Below the pieces are notes generated by a model. That model had not been told where the DNA came from, ran no database searches, and worked only from the letters and a program-made list of their open reading frames with translations. DNA of 64,000 nucleotides. Source: Callorhinchus milii. Lineage: Eukaryota. This document shows, piece by piece, positions 48,950 to 61,049 of this stretch. Every line of letters starts with the position of its first letter. The first letter of the stretch is position 1. The stretch is taken from NCBI RefSeq assembly GCF_018977255.1, contig NW_024704743.1:64048001-64112000 (forward strand), in the 5' to 3' direction. A program made the translations under genes and the position numbers.

Positions 48950-49330
48950 AAACATAAGGAATGAGAATGGCAGTTTGGTCCATCAAGCTGCTTTTTCCAC
49001 TGCCCATACAAAATTTACCCGATCATTTGAATTCCATCCATTTAATCCTCGACAATTTTTTCATAGATGCCCACCATTCACCAAAGATAATTGAGCAAAA
49101 ATTTAAGAACACTCATTCATTAAATCATTTATTCCTGTCCGCTACTCTGGGGATGAGGGAAACCCTTCTAATCTCTTGATTTGCTCGAAACTTGGCCACT
49201 TCAAGTCTACGTTCTCCAGTTCTGTGCTCACATTCGAAGTAAAATAACCTGCGTATGGCTACTTCATTTGTCAAAGAACTTTAAAGATCGAGATCATGAC
49301 CCTATTTGCAAGATTAGAATAATGACTTTG
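48950..49330 (-). mobile_element. Old CR1 3' end
   Basis: Starts AACATAAGGAATGAGAATGG..TTGGTCCATCAAGC, like a CR1 terminus, and continues with CCCTTCTAATCTC..GCCACTTTCAAG. Confidence 0.5.
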
Positions 49331-49494
49331 AATTTTCAATCAAATGCCCTTGAGATGCAACCTAGTATTTGATTAGCTTTGTTGATGATAACTGCACATT
49401 GACTGGAAAGTCAGTAAATGATCAATAACTACATGCGCTGTCCACTTTCCACATTTGTTAGTGTAAACATGTTTACTGTTTACTTTTTAGCATT

Positions 49495-49869
49495 GGAGCC
49501 CTGTAGCTCAGTGATTAGAGCATCCGCCTCGCAAGGGGGAGATCTGGGTTCGATTCCGAGCAGGGCGAAATGTTGGGCAAGTTTCCATTCTCCACACGCC
49601 TCTGTTTACCTAGCAGTAAGTAGGAACCCGGTTGTTAGGCAATTGGCGGATCGCTTTTCTGGGATTAATAATTCCTTTAAAAAAATATTAATAATAAATT
49701 GGTCACTCAATCCACGACTGTTTATGGGACACTGCTGTGTGCAATTGGCTACCATGTTTCGCCCACAAAATATAAAGTCAATTCACTTAATGGTATATTC
49801 TGTGAAGCGCCTTGAGACATCTCGAGGACGTGATAAGGTGCTATATCAAATGTAAGGATTATTATTATT
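49495..49869 (+). mobile_element. tRNA-Ala SINE family A, full-length reference copy
   Basis: GGAGCCCTGTAGCTCAGTGATTAGAGCA (A box), CTCGCAA, GGTTCGATTCC (B box), middle segment, L2-like stem-loop tail and (ATT)n. Confidence 0.95.
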
Positions 49870-50320
49870 GTGTGTCAGCCTGGTTCAGTGATACCATTCT
49901 TGTCTCTGTGTCAGCAGGTTGTGGGTTCAAGCCCCACATCAGGACATGGAATCACATAACCTAAGGTAACCATCTAATGCAGCGCTAGGGGTGTGTTGAA
50001 TTATTGAAGGTACCGTCCTTCAGATGAAACGTTAAACTGAGGTCCCAGCTACTTGTTCAGGTGGATGATATAGATCCTATGGCAATATTTGAAGAGCAGT
50101 GAGTTTCTCCTAGTATCCTGGCCAACAATTCTCCAAATAAAGTTGGTCACTCACTCCATGGCTGTTTGTGGGACACTGCTATGCCCAAACTGGCTGCTGC
50201 CTTTCACCAATAAAATACACAGTCACTCCACTTTACAATATATCCTGTGAAGCACTTTGGGACATCTCGACGATGTGATAAGGTGCTACATCAAATGCAA
50301 GGATTATTGTCATTATTATT
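49870..50320 (+). mobile_element. DeuSINE (family B), full length
   Basis: tRNA-like head, Deu-core (CTTGTTCAGGTGGATG..GATCCTATGGCAATATTTGAAGAGCAG..GTATCCTGGCCAAC) and the same tail type as family A. Confidence 0.92.
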
Positions 50321-50599
50321 ACTTTAAATGTATTGCTTTTAAATCCATCTGCCATTCCTTTGTCCATCTGGTTACAGTGGGTTTCTTGATTTTTTTAAAG
50401 CTTTCTTGTAATAGTAAAATGTAAAAATGTACAATTTTCCAAAAGGTATTCTCCGAATCAATTGCTACATTGAAGTTACAATTACAGGAAGAAGGGCTCT
50501 TTGTAATCTTGTATTATGCATGCACCTGTATTAACATTTTAAATGTAATTGACCTGGGGTCTTGTGCTAATTTGATAATCGTGCGGGGCTTTGATTTGC

Positions 50600-50900
50600 A
50601 CAATACAAAATTACATTTGTATAATGACTTCCACGATGGGAGGATATCTCAAGGCGCTGGACAGTCAGAGATTTGGAACAACAGCAACGTATATTTATAA
50701 CAGATTTCACATCGGGAGAATATCTCAAAGTGCTTCACGCAGCTGACTGGGAACCTGAGCTGGGGGGAGCTGAGAGGGAAGGTGGCTGAAAACACAGTCG
50801 AAGAGCGTTTTAGGGTGGAGAGGAAGGGAGCAAGGCAGAGGGAATCGAGGATGGGGTTCTAGAGAAAGGAGTAGAATTTCTGAAAGCTAACCCACCAGGC
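50600..50900 (-). mobile_element. Two stacked decayed L2 3' tails
   Basis: Two tail motifs (ACAAAATTACATTTGT.. and CAACAGCAACGTATATTTAT..) followed by L2 3' sequence. Confidence 0.6.
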
Positions 50901-51329
50901 AATAGGTGGGGTGGATCAGGCAGGAGACATGAAGCAACTCCTATTTACTGAACCAAAGAACTTACTTATCCATAGAAATTGTATCAGCAAGAAATTGGAT
51001 CAGCAATAAAGTGGTAAAAATAAGTAAACCCTTGGCAGATCGTGAACCCTCATTGATAGGGAACTCGATTCAAAGATATAAGAAGCGAATGAATAGCAAC
51101 ACAACTGATAGTAAAGAGACTATTTGTTGTGAGGGATGACATGTTTGGTACATGGACTCTGAAGGCATACTTTGCTCTCGGTTTGTACCTTATCAGATAG
51201 TAGCTATACTTACATTTCAAAGATAAATAAATGTCGCAATCCTCAGTTCTTGGAAAAGTTTTAGAATTATTTAGTAGATTTAGAAAGCTGGTTACTGTTG
51301 ATCTAATGTTGGTTGGGTAGTCCAGTTGT

Positions 51330-51600
51330 GTAATTATGTCAAGATATATAAGTGGGAATGTGAAGTTAAGGTAATATCAGGGTATTTTAGAGACTTTAAT
51401 GCATTGCGGTGAGAATGGGAGGCTGTGGTTAAAGTAAAAAGCATCGATGTATTGACAAGAAACTTGAGGGGAGAAGGGAGTAAAGAGATATGGTAGAGAC
51501 AATTTGGAGGCATAGTCATCAGTGAAATATAAACACCTCCACGGACTGTTTGGGGTGAATGGGCTGTTTCCATGCAGTAGCATTCTGTGTAATTCTAAGT
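51330..51600 (+). mobile_element. CR1 3' end
   Basis: ..GGGAGAAGGGAGTAAAGAGATATGG..GGACTGTTTGGGGTGAATGGGCTGTTTCCATGC..ATTCTGTGTAATTCT terminal repeat. Confidence 0.7.
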
Positions 51601-52312
51601 GTCTTGAAGAGAGCAGCTCCAGAGTGAATCTCTTAGGTTCGAGCTAAGCTTTCCAGCAGTTCCCCGCCCTTCGAGAGTCATTTTACTCTAGTGCTTCTAT
51701 CAAATCTGGAGACAGCTGGCTGGCTAAATATTTTTGAATCTGTACACTCAAGTGTTTGGAGGGCCACGTGGACCTCTACCGTATCACTTTTGGAAGAGGT
51801 GTTGTATAATAATAACCTGCATAAGTGCCTTTCACATAAAATAAACTGCTAGAAGTGTTTAGTTGATTATTAGTGTTTGCATTAGAAATCGTTTTTTTTT
51901 AAAAATGGGAGATATTGGTTGTGTATTCGAACCTTAGCAGTGGCATTATTTGAAGATTGATTGCTGGCCTGTGGCATTTAGTTTCATTGAGTATGCAAAG
52001 GACTATGGTACTGAATTGGCTGGTTCCTGAATTGTGTTGGGGAGTGAGTGTTGGGTAGGAATGTTCTGGGATACTACCATGAATGAGGGGTGCTATATAA
52101 ATGCAAATTGTTTTTGTAGTTGGACTAGTATGGCATGGTTTGGGGTTCACTCCTGTTGTGGTATAACTACAACTGGAGTGAGGATCACTTTATAAATTAT
52201 TATTGTTCATGGTGCAGGCACTTTAACTAACACTAAAATTTAACCAACATTCAGACACAAGTAAATTGTGCTTACATGTATGTGTGTATAACTTTGCTTT
52301 ACTTAAATGTAA

Positions 52313-52740
52313 ATAATAATAATCCTTGCAATGACACACCATTAAAAATAATCGTTGTATTTGTTATAGTACCTAATTGCTTTGTCTAAACATCACAAGA
52401 TTGTTACTGTTAAGTGTAGTGACCATGTATTTGTAGGCAAACATGGTAGGAGAAAGGCAAAGTACACAGCAGTGTCCCACAAATAGCCATGAACTGAATC
52501 ACCATATTTATCCTGCGGGGAGAAACTTCCTTCTATTTTTGAACAGTGCAATGGGATCTTTAATGTCCACTTAAACAGGCAGACGGGATAATGGTTTAAT
52601 GTCTCATCTGAAGGACGGCACCTCCAACAATGCAGCACAGCATTAGAGTGTGAGATTACGAACAAAAACTCTCAATGGGAGGCTTGAACCCATAACCTTC
52701 TGACTCAGAAACAAGTGTTACTTGTTGAGCTAGGCTAACA
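52313..52740 (-). mobile_element. DeuSINE (family B), near full length
   Basis: GGGATCTTTAATGTCCACTTAAACAGGCAGAC..GTCTCATCTGAAGGACGGCACCTCC..GAACCCATAACCTTCTGACTCAGA. Confidence 0.88.
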
Positions 52741-53565
52741 AGTAAGGGAGAAAGAAAGCAGGTTTGAATATCAGTTAAAAAACCTTGTTTGAACACTTCT
52801 ATTGATTTTCTCTGAATATCATTGTCAACAATACGATAGCTACAGTACTAACATGTCATAATCTGTGAGGTCCTACTTAAATTAGCTCTACAGGCAGAAC
52901 AGAGTTGTTATCTTTAATGTGGCAATCCTTACATTTTATGGAACAAAAAGTAAAGTATTTAATATTTCAACCTTCAGTTACAGATAACATACTCATTAAT
53001 ATTCAGGCTTCACCCTTGTGATTTTTAACATCATATAAACTCATCAATTGGATAACTGTTTGGGCCGCTTTCTAAAACCATCATGTTCTTTGTCATGTGC
53101 TTATAATGGGATTTTTCATTTGGTTATGTCTTTATGACACAAATTCCCATTCTAAACATGTAACAAAATGCTAGTTTTAGCAATTAGCATGTGATGCACT
53201 CTTGGATTTCATTATTAGCTGTCCAACATCTCTTTACAAAATCTAGAAAAAGTGCTGAACAACAATATCAAATTGGGGGAAAACACCCCCTCCCCCATCC
53301 CCTCAGGTTCAGGCAACTTATGAACTGATCAGCTTCAGGTTTATGATGTTACCTGAACTCTTTGAATGCAATATAGGTCTGTAACACCTCCAGGTATCTT
53401 GTTATATGTATCTCAAATCAGACTGCATAACCAACTCTTTAACTAACCTTCCTTTGTTGCCAGGTCAGCTGAGAAACATAGCAGAGCAATATTAATGCTG
53501 ATTTTTACAATGTGTTGTCTTAATAACTAGCTATTGAAAGATGCATTTCAGCTATGTGTCCTGCA

Positions 53566-53738
53566 AGTATAGATGTCCCCCCCACGCCACCCATGTTTCT
53601 GATGGGATTGGAAACATCAACCATTGATAAACAATGAGATGTAGCATCCTATAGTATAGATGTCCCCCCCACCGCCACCCATGTTTCTGATGGGATTGGA
53701 AACATCAACCATTGATAAACAATGAGATGTAGCATCCT
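53566..53738. repeat. Near-perfect tandem duplication of ~85 bp
   Basis: 53566-53650 and 53653-53738 differ by a single extra C. Confidence 0.95.
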
Positions 53739-54336
53739 GTCCCCACTGGCCATTTTCCTTCCTCATTTTTCTAGACTGAGCATTATATTGAAAAGATGCA
53801 GTCCACAGTGAATAATATGAGTCAATAAAGCAGGCAGAGTTCAGCATGCATGGAGAAATAAATAAAATAAGATGGGCAGCAGTAACTTTGCCTTGAGCTA
53901 ACTGCAATACATAGAATTGTGGGAAAAATACACTTATTGGAGGTAGTTGCAGATTCTCTAACGCAACAGCAACAAAATATTGTTTTTTTATCTAATTATT
54001 GTTGCTGTTATAGAATATGGCAAAGATCAATTAAAATATAGATGTATCATTATACTATACTTGTGTGATATGAATTTCCCATGGCTGATTCTGAATGAAA
54101 TTGCAAACGTGTTTATTTTTGCTGATATCAGAATTAAACAATTAACATTTGAGTTAGTTTTGGTGATTGCCATGTGCGGTGGATCAAATATCTAGCAGTA
54201 TCTTTTGTTAGTTCATTTGTAACAATAGGATAGGATCGTGGGGTAGAGCAACAACACGCTGTCTGCTCAGTGTGCCCATTCATGCCCTTGACATTCATTG
54301 AAACGTCAGAACCTCTAAATAACAATGAATTTTTAT

Positions 54337-54660
54337 GGGGACTAGACATCGTTATGACTCTGTCCTTTCATCTCTGGGACTTGAGTTTAAATCTATCTTA
54401 GGCTAACAAAATGAAAATCTACTTTTCTTGTTGGTTGTAAATGTCTTGTGTCAGCTAACTTGGGATTCACTCAGTTCAGTTCCTCGTGATTGAGTGCATG
54501 CCACAAAAGTTCCTAAAATTGGCAATCTCATTCATAAAATTGATCAGGGAAATGGAAATGTTAAACTGATGTTGTACGAGGCACTATGGTTACCAAATGA
54601 TGTGCATTATGGAGTAGAATACAGTGAACTTTAAACTATACTGGATAATCCATGGCACAT
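54337..54660 (+). mobile_element. LF-SINE-like element
   Basis: CCTTTCATCTCTGGGACTTGAGTTTAAATC, CTCAGTTCAGTTCCTCGTG and TTGGCAATCTCA occur in the same order as in the LF-SINE consensus as I recall it. Confidence 0.55.
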
Positions 54661-54825
54661 CTGACACTGTTTACTAAGCGGTTACTTTCCAACTTCATAG
54701 ATCAGCTCAAAAATGCCCCAGTTTATGGTTTGATTCACGCGAGCATATTTGTCTACAAAATTCACAGTCACTACACTTTCCATTAAATCCTGTGAAGCTC
54801 CTTGCGACATCTTCCCAATGTGAAC

Positions 54826-55905
54826 AACACCAACAACAATTTGCACTTACATAGCACCCTCCTGACAGGGTATTGTCTTAAAGCGAGTGGCAGAGCCTGA
54901 CTCCGAGCTGGGGAGAGGTGACCGTAAGCACGGTTGAAAAGGAAGGTTTTCAGGCGGGATTTCAAAAGAGGGAGAGGTGGCAAGGCAGAGGGATTGAGGG
55001 AGAGTGTTCCAGAGTTTTGGGGTGTAGTGGCTGAATGCACGACCTCCAGTGGTGGAGTGGAGGGTGCGAGGGACGAGCAGAAGGCCGGTGCCAATTGAGC
55101 GGAGTCGCCAGGTGGTGGATTGAGGAGTGAGGAGGTCGGAGAGATAGGGAGGTGCTAGGGAGTGAAGGGATTTCAATACGAGTGTGAGGATCTTGAAGTT
55201 GATCCGTTCAGTGATGGGGAGCCAGTGGAGCCTGGACAGAACTGATGAGATAGGGATACAGAGTTTGGTGCGCATTAGTATGTGGGCGACAGAGTTCTGA
55301 ATGAGTTGGATCTTTTGAATAGTGGAGCTGGGGAGACCAGCGAGGAGTCAGTTTGAGTAAACCAGTCGGGAGGTGACAAATGCATTAATGAGGTTTTCGG
55401 CTGCATTTGGGGTAAGGTACGGTCGGAGGTGGGCAATGTGGCGGAGGTGGAAGAAGGCGGTCCTGGTCAGGGACTGCATGTGGGGGAGGAAGGACAGCTG
55501 GGGGTTGAACCGGACGCCTGGATTGTGCACTGGTTCGGTGCGTCTGAGGGAGAGCCCAGGGAGGTTGAGGAGTTCAGATCCGCAGGAGTGAAGAAGTTGA
55601 CGAGAGCCAAGGAGTAGGGCTTCCGTCTTGTCCACATTCAGCTGCAGGAAGTTTGCACTTATCCAGGCCCTGATGTCTGCCAGACAAGCTGATAGAACAT
55701 TGGTGGACCTAAAGTCGATACTGAGGTAGATTTGTATATCATCCGCATACATTTGGAAGTTTACCTCATGTCTGTGGATGACATCGCCAAGAGGGATAAG
55801 GAAAAGAAGAGGGCCAAGGATGGAGCCCTGGGGTTCCCCACAGGTGACCAGGCGGGGGCGGGAGGAGAAACCATTTGCTGAGATGAAGTGGAGGCATTTG
55901 GTTAA
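54826..55905 (-). mobile_element. L2 LINE, ~1.1 kb 5'-truncated copy
   Basis: PQGSILGP-like motif near 55830. ORF 55348-55752 has MYADDIQIY..FLQLNVDKTE..FVTSRL. ORF 54847-55275 has LHWLPITERINFKIL. Confidence 0.95.
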
Positions 55906-56084
55906 GTAGAAAGCTGCATCCCAGGAAATTAAGAAAAGCTTGTATGATCTCAGAGCAAAAAGGGAAATCTTTATCTTGCAGAGCTTCTTCTATAAACATA
56001 TTCTGTCAGTTTTGGACTGAAAAAAGAAAGATCTATTTTAAATCAACTTTATTACTCCCTTTTTTTATTAAATAAATCAACTTT

Positions 56085-56195
56085 ATTTCTCCCACAAAAT
56101 TTACAGTCAATTAATTTTACAGTATATTCTGTACAGCGCTTTGAGATGTCTAGAAGACGTGATAAGGTGCTGTATCAAATGCAAGGATTATTATT
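56085..56195 (+). mobile_element. SINE family A 3' tail
   Basis: CCCACAAAATTTACAGTCAATT..GCGCTTTGAGATGTCTAGAAGACGTGATAAGG..GCAAGGATTATTATT. Confidence 0.85.
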
Positions 56196-56799
56196 TTACC
56201 TACACCTATCAGTCTTATACTAGTGGTAATAAGAGAGACTGGTTCAATGTGCCTTTCTACTAAGTTCCATTCACGATGCATTTCTGTAAGGCTTTGCTAC
56301 TTGGAGGGAGACATCTTGCAATCCTGCTAGTATGGCTATAATCCTATTGCTCAAAGTGCAGCAACTTGGAAATGGTAACAGAGGCCACTCCTCAGGGTGT
56401 ACCCTGGCTTTTACTCTGTGTACTGGATTTCAAGATTCCAGGCAAAGATCACATCCCTTTCAAGTGATCACAGAATGAATAAGAAACGGTTGAGAAAACA
56501 TCATGGAATTAAAATGAAGAGAATAAATGAGCAATGTGGTGGAATGAATGAGTTCACCAATTGCAGTTATTTAGCCTTGAAAACAAGTTCATTTCACATG
56601 TTATTTGAACTTTTAAACATTAGTATGGTAGCCCAGATCTCAGAAACACAAATATCTATTCTCTATAGCAAATAAACATTGCACTCGGTAGGCACACAAT
56701 GATTTCTTTTCAATTCCAATTTACTTTTTTTAGGCATTTCCCAATTTCTCCTTTTGTCATTCGTATTAATGAAGACTTTTAAAGTCTGGTACAATTTTC

Positions 56800-57060
56800 T
56801 TTATAAATCATGAAGACTGATGCTCAATGTTATCAAACTAAACTTTTTTGGGAGAGAACTCTCAGCTACTATAATCCTGAACGGTAGCACTTTGAAACTT
56901 GGAAACTCTGGACCAAAGAAGAGCAGGATGTGGGTGTGTATCCGTGAGCCCACATCAGTTTTCTCACATAGGTGGAAAAACAAGGAAGGTAATCCTAGGC
57001 TACTGCCCCATGCTTCCTACCAACCAGTTATTGAGTGTAATTGGCCTGGAAGCCTCTCAG
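56800..57060 (+). mobile_element. Very old CR1 3' fossil
   Basis: TATAAATCATGAAG (YKIMK-like with a frameshift) and TTTTCTCACATAGGTGG (FSHRV-like). Confidence 0.4.
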
Positions 57061-57959
57061 GCTTGGTGTTATTTGGTACATGGCCCATTAATAATGAAGT
57101 TTATTTGTTCTTGTGTTTTTGGAAGCATTAGATAACTGAAACCTCTTTATTAGTTTTGAACATTCACCTAACTTAAAATTCTTAGCTTTAGTAATTCCGC
57201 AAACCAGCTGGCTGTTATCAGGCCTCAATTTATATGCCCAAACAAAACAAAGGTTTATACCAAACATTACACAGATAAAGATCTTCATACAGATCAGCTT
57301 CATACAGATCATTTATTCTGATGGAATATTCTCCATACATGTGGACTTTATTCTAATTGTATTGCTATAACCAATTGACATTTGAGCAAATACTCAAAAA
57401 CCAAAGATTATAGAGTAAAGCAAGTCATTTAAGTAGGACAAGCATTTGAAAATGCATATTTGTTTTTGGGATGGTACATAGTGGGAATTTCAGGCAGTAG
57501 TTGACATTGGGATCTGTCTAACCCAACCTATCCACATTTCCCAAAAGGTTTCTTTCTTTGACAAACCTATAGAAAGCAATCTTAAATGTCTCAATTATAT
57601 TGTGTCCCATAAATAATTAAATAGCATGTGGAATTTGCAGAATAAAATACAATGTTGCCTCTTAGTTCAAAGTGACTTCATCTTGATTCTAGAATAAAAT
57701 AATAATCATTTGAAGTATTTCAGGGGGGGAGGGGAGTTTTTCCCTGTGTCCTGGCAAACAATCCTGCAAATGAAATTGGTTATTGTACTCCTTGGCTATC
57801 TGTGGGACACTGTTGATACCTTCAGTGACATTGTCAGCAAGGGAGAATTGATCTATATATCTGCAATCTATATCTATATGTGAAAATAAAACAAATGACT
57901 GTAATAATGCTTCAGAGTGTTTGAGGGATGAAACATTTTCATAACAGATTAAAGAGAAT

Positions 57960-58095
57960 TGCATAGAATGCTCCAGCATGAAAAAGGGCCATTTGCCCCA
58001 ATTAGTCCAAGCTGATGTTACCTTCTAATCCCCTCTCCCATACTGCTCTATTCTTTTCTCCCTCATATATGCATCAAGTTTCCTTTTAAATATGT
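57960..58095 (-). mobile_element. CR1 3' UTR fragment
   Basis: CATAGAATGCTCCAGCATGAAAAAGGGCCATTTGCCCCAATTAGTCC. Confidence 0.6.
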
Positions 58096-59802
58096 TGAAC
58101 AATTAACATATTTCTACTTTATATGCAGTGACTTGGGTCAATCCAAATATGGCAAAATATCTATTCCTGGCTCTGTGGCCCTTCAACACAAGGTATTGTT
58201 AGAACATCTACTGACCACAGATACGCCACTTGATTTGAAGAAAGCCATTACGGTTCAGCTGTGAAGGTCAGACATTCTCAAAATCCCCCCCACCCCTCCT
58301 CCCTCCACCCCATCACAAACGTTGAGCCTGAAGTCAAATGAAGTATTGCATGTCTGGCCCATGTTGCAGCATTGGAGTCACGGTTTGTGAGATCCTGGTT
58401 TAACTCCATTTGACAGTCATTAACCGGCATTCCAATCTGCAAGTACATTGTTGTGTAACCAGCTTCATGCCCAGTCGTTATATCAGTGTGTACCAGAGTC
58501 AGAGGGTGATCAGACTCGCAGTCAGTCTTTGGCTTTCATGTCTAAGTTATCCAATAGCTTTATTCACCACAATTGTCAGTAATGTGATAATTGTTACATG
58601 TTCATTAACTTTTTAATTTTAACCTTACATTCTCCAATTTTAATTCCTTCAATTTTTCCTCTTTCCCCAAAACCTTTTCCTGTTATTTCTCTGTTGAGAT
58701 TTAATTTTTTTTTGCAGAATTCCACTTATCTTTTTGTGAAGCACTTTGAGACGTCTCGAAGACATAATAGGGTGTTAAATCAAATGGAAGGATTATTATT
58801 ATATTATTATCTTCAAAATGACATGCACAGCACTGTGGATAAATAATATTGCATACAAGTTTTTTTTGAAAAATCAGAACTCACATAATGTATCAAGCTA
58901 CCTTTATCTGCACATCACCCACTTGCTCTAGCAACCAAAAATGACAGATTTAAATCATTCACTCCAATTCAAATTAATTCAAATCCATACCTAAACTTGA
59001 TATTCTTTGACAGTGAACTGTTTAAAGTAGAAGTAGAATCAAATTATCTTTCTGAGAAGCATTTCCTCTCTCAAAAGATCATCTGTATTTCCTGTTCCCC
59101 AGTGAGCTGTTTCATATTTAGATTCATATTCTGTCTGTGACTCTTGAATTCATAGAAGCTCAGGTGAGCAATAAGAGCTGTGCATTCATGTTTTTTACAT
59201 TGTTTTTTAGATGATGGCAATCCTATATTGTTGCTCAAAATCTAATTGGGCAATAATGAAGAATAACACCAGGGTTTTTCAGATATGTTACTATTATTGG
59301 CATTAACCAAAGTGAAATATGAAAATAGTCACTGATGAATTAATAATCTAATACCAGCCCACCTTGGAGTTTATTATTCGTATGATGTGCTAGGTTTTTT
59401 TTATGCTTAAGTAGGAATTAGCAATTTAAATATAAAATGCAGTTCAAACTAACTGAGTGTGAAGAATTTTTATAATTCTGGTTGAGGATAGAAATTAAGT
59501 TGTGAACGAGTAGACCATAGTTTATTTTAATTTGTTTAAAAATATAAACAAAGTAAAATACTGCGAGTTCATTCAAAACATAAAATTTCATGCAAATAAC
59601 CATGACAATACATATTATGCACAGAACTGTCAGGCTTTCTTTTTGTAAGTACTGGCTTAAAGTATTGCTTTGGAGGATTATGCGAATTCACAATAGTAAG
59701 GAATAGTGGACACACTCCTGTGATTATCCCCTTTTCTTTCTTGGTGGGATGGAGAAGCCAGTGACTCCTCCCTCAGAGGGTGGAAGAAAATCTTGCATTC
59801 AT

Positions 59803-60200
59803 ATAATAATAACCCTTAACATTTAACATAGTACATCTCAATTCATGAAGATGTCTAAAAGAGCTTCACATGATCTATTGTAAAGTGTGCACTTTGAGGG
59901 CGAACAGGGCACCCAGTTTGTACAGCCATGAAGTCAATGATCAATTTTATCTGGGAGGTTGTTGGCTGGGACACTGGGAGAAACTCCCTTTTCTTTTGAA
60001 TAGTGCCTTGGAATCTTTAACATCCACCTGTTGATCTTGGTTTTACTTCTCATCCGAAGGATGGTATCGCCAACAATGATTTGGAGTACTCCATGAGAGT
60101 GTAAACTTAGATTATAGAAGTTCAATGTCCCAATGTGGGACATTGGGGTACAACCTTCTGACTCAGGGGTGAGATTGCTACCAATTGAGCCAGGCTGACA
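59803..60200 (-). mobile_element. DeuSINE (family B), full length
   Basis: Ends ..CAACCTTCTGACTCAGGGGTGAGATTGCTACCAATTGAGCCAGGCTGACA; Deu-core present. Confidence 0.88.
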
Positions 60201-60299
60201 TCTGACATACTGTAAAATTGCTTTTATCTATACATCACCTCCTGGATTAAGCAAACAAAATTGACACATTTAAGTTGCTCACACCAATTTGAATCTATA

Positions 60300-60800
60300 C
60301 TTTGAGTGTCCAGCAGGTCAATGGTTTTATAAATGGCAAATAAGAGCACTGATCCTAGTCTTGTCCAAGTTTAGAAAGTTGTAAAAATGGTTCTGTAGAT
60401 TTTATTACAAATGGAATGTTTGTACCCCTTCTTTGTGAGAACCATATGCTGCTAATAGAGAAGTGAGGAAATCTGGGAAGATTCTAAGATATCAGAGCCA
60501 ACTTTGCAGTATTTCGTAATCAATTTCTTTATGAAATATGGATGTCCGTCATACTGACTCACAGAACGCTGCTCTAGCTCAGTTTGTTTACGGATTGGAG
60601 TGATGTGTGTGACGTACTTCCATTTTTTGAAAGGAATCTCCAAATGGATTTCTTAATTATGAAATCCATTAAGGAATCTGGCAAAATTGACCCCATTAAT
60701 TTAATCAAGTCTAGACGGAGCAATTTAAATCTATTAACTGAAGTCGGAGATTTGGTATCTTCCTTGAAAGCACTTTTTGTTCTATTGTTTGGTGTTTCAG
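60300..60800 (-). mobile_element. Penelope-like element fossil (RT thumb/linker region)
   Basis: Minus-strand motifs in PLE order: WGQFCQI, RFLSKNG, SQYDGHPYFIKKLITKY (ORF 60452-60643) and RRGTNI. Confidence 0.55.
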
Positions 60801-61049
60801 TGTTTTATGTGGAATTTCATTCCATCTCTGCTCAGTTCTTGTCCCAGCAACAGTTTTATGTCCTTAGTGAGTGATAAGGTTTGTACAAGAGGATTAGAGA
60901 TTGTGATGTCAATACTGTGAGTTTATTAAATTGCTTCGTAGCAAATTCCTGGTGTGTATCTAATACTGTTATTACCAGCAGGTTGACCAACCAGGTTATA
61001 AAACTGAATTTATTTTATTGATCATTGAATTAAAGTACTATCTACCCTC

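Noticed and set aside
49418..49855. 145-aa ORF and similar ORFs at 651, 20609, 37336 and 46511
   Set aside because: They are chance read-throughs of SINE family A sequence.
52147..52181. Compact hairpin TCACTCCTGTTGT..ACAACTGGAGTGA
   Set aside because: Too short to assign a function; probably a repeat remnant or chance.
57283..57311. Small tandem duplications (here and at ~9817-9868, ~56039-56092, ~62921-62947)
   Set aside because: Ordinary slippage or repair duplications.
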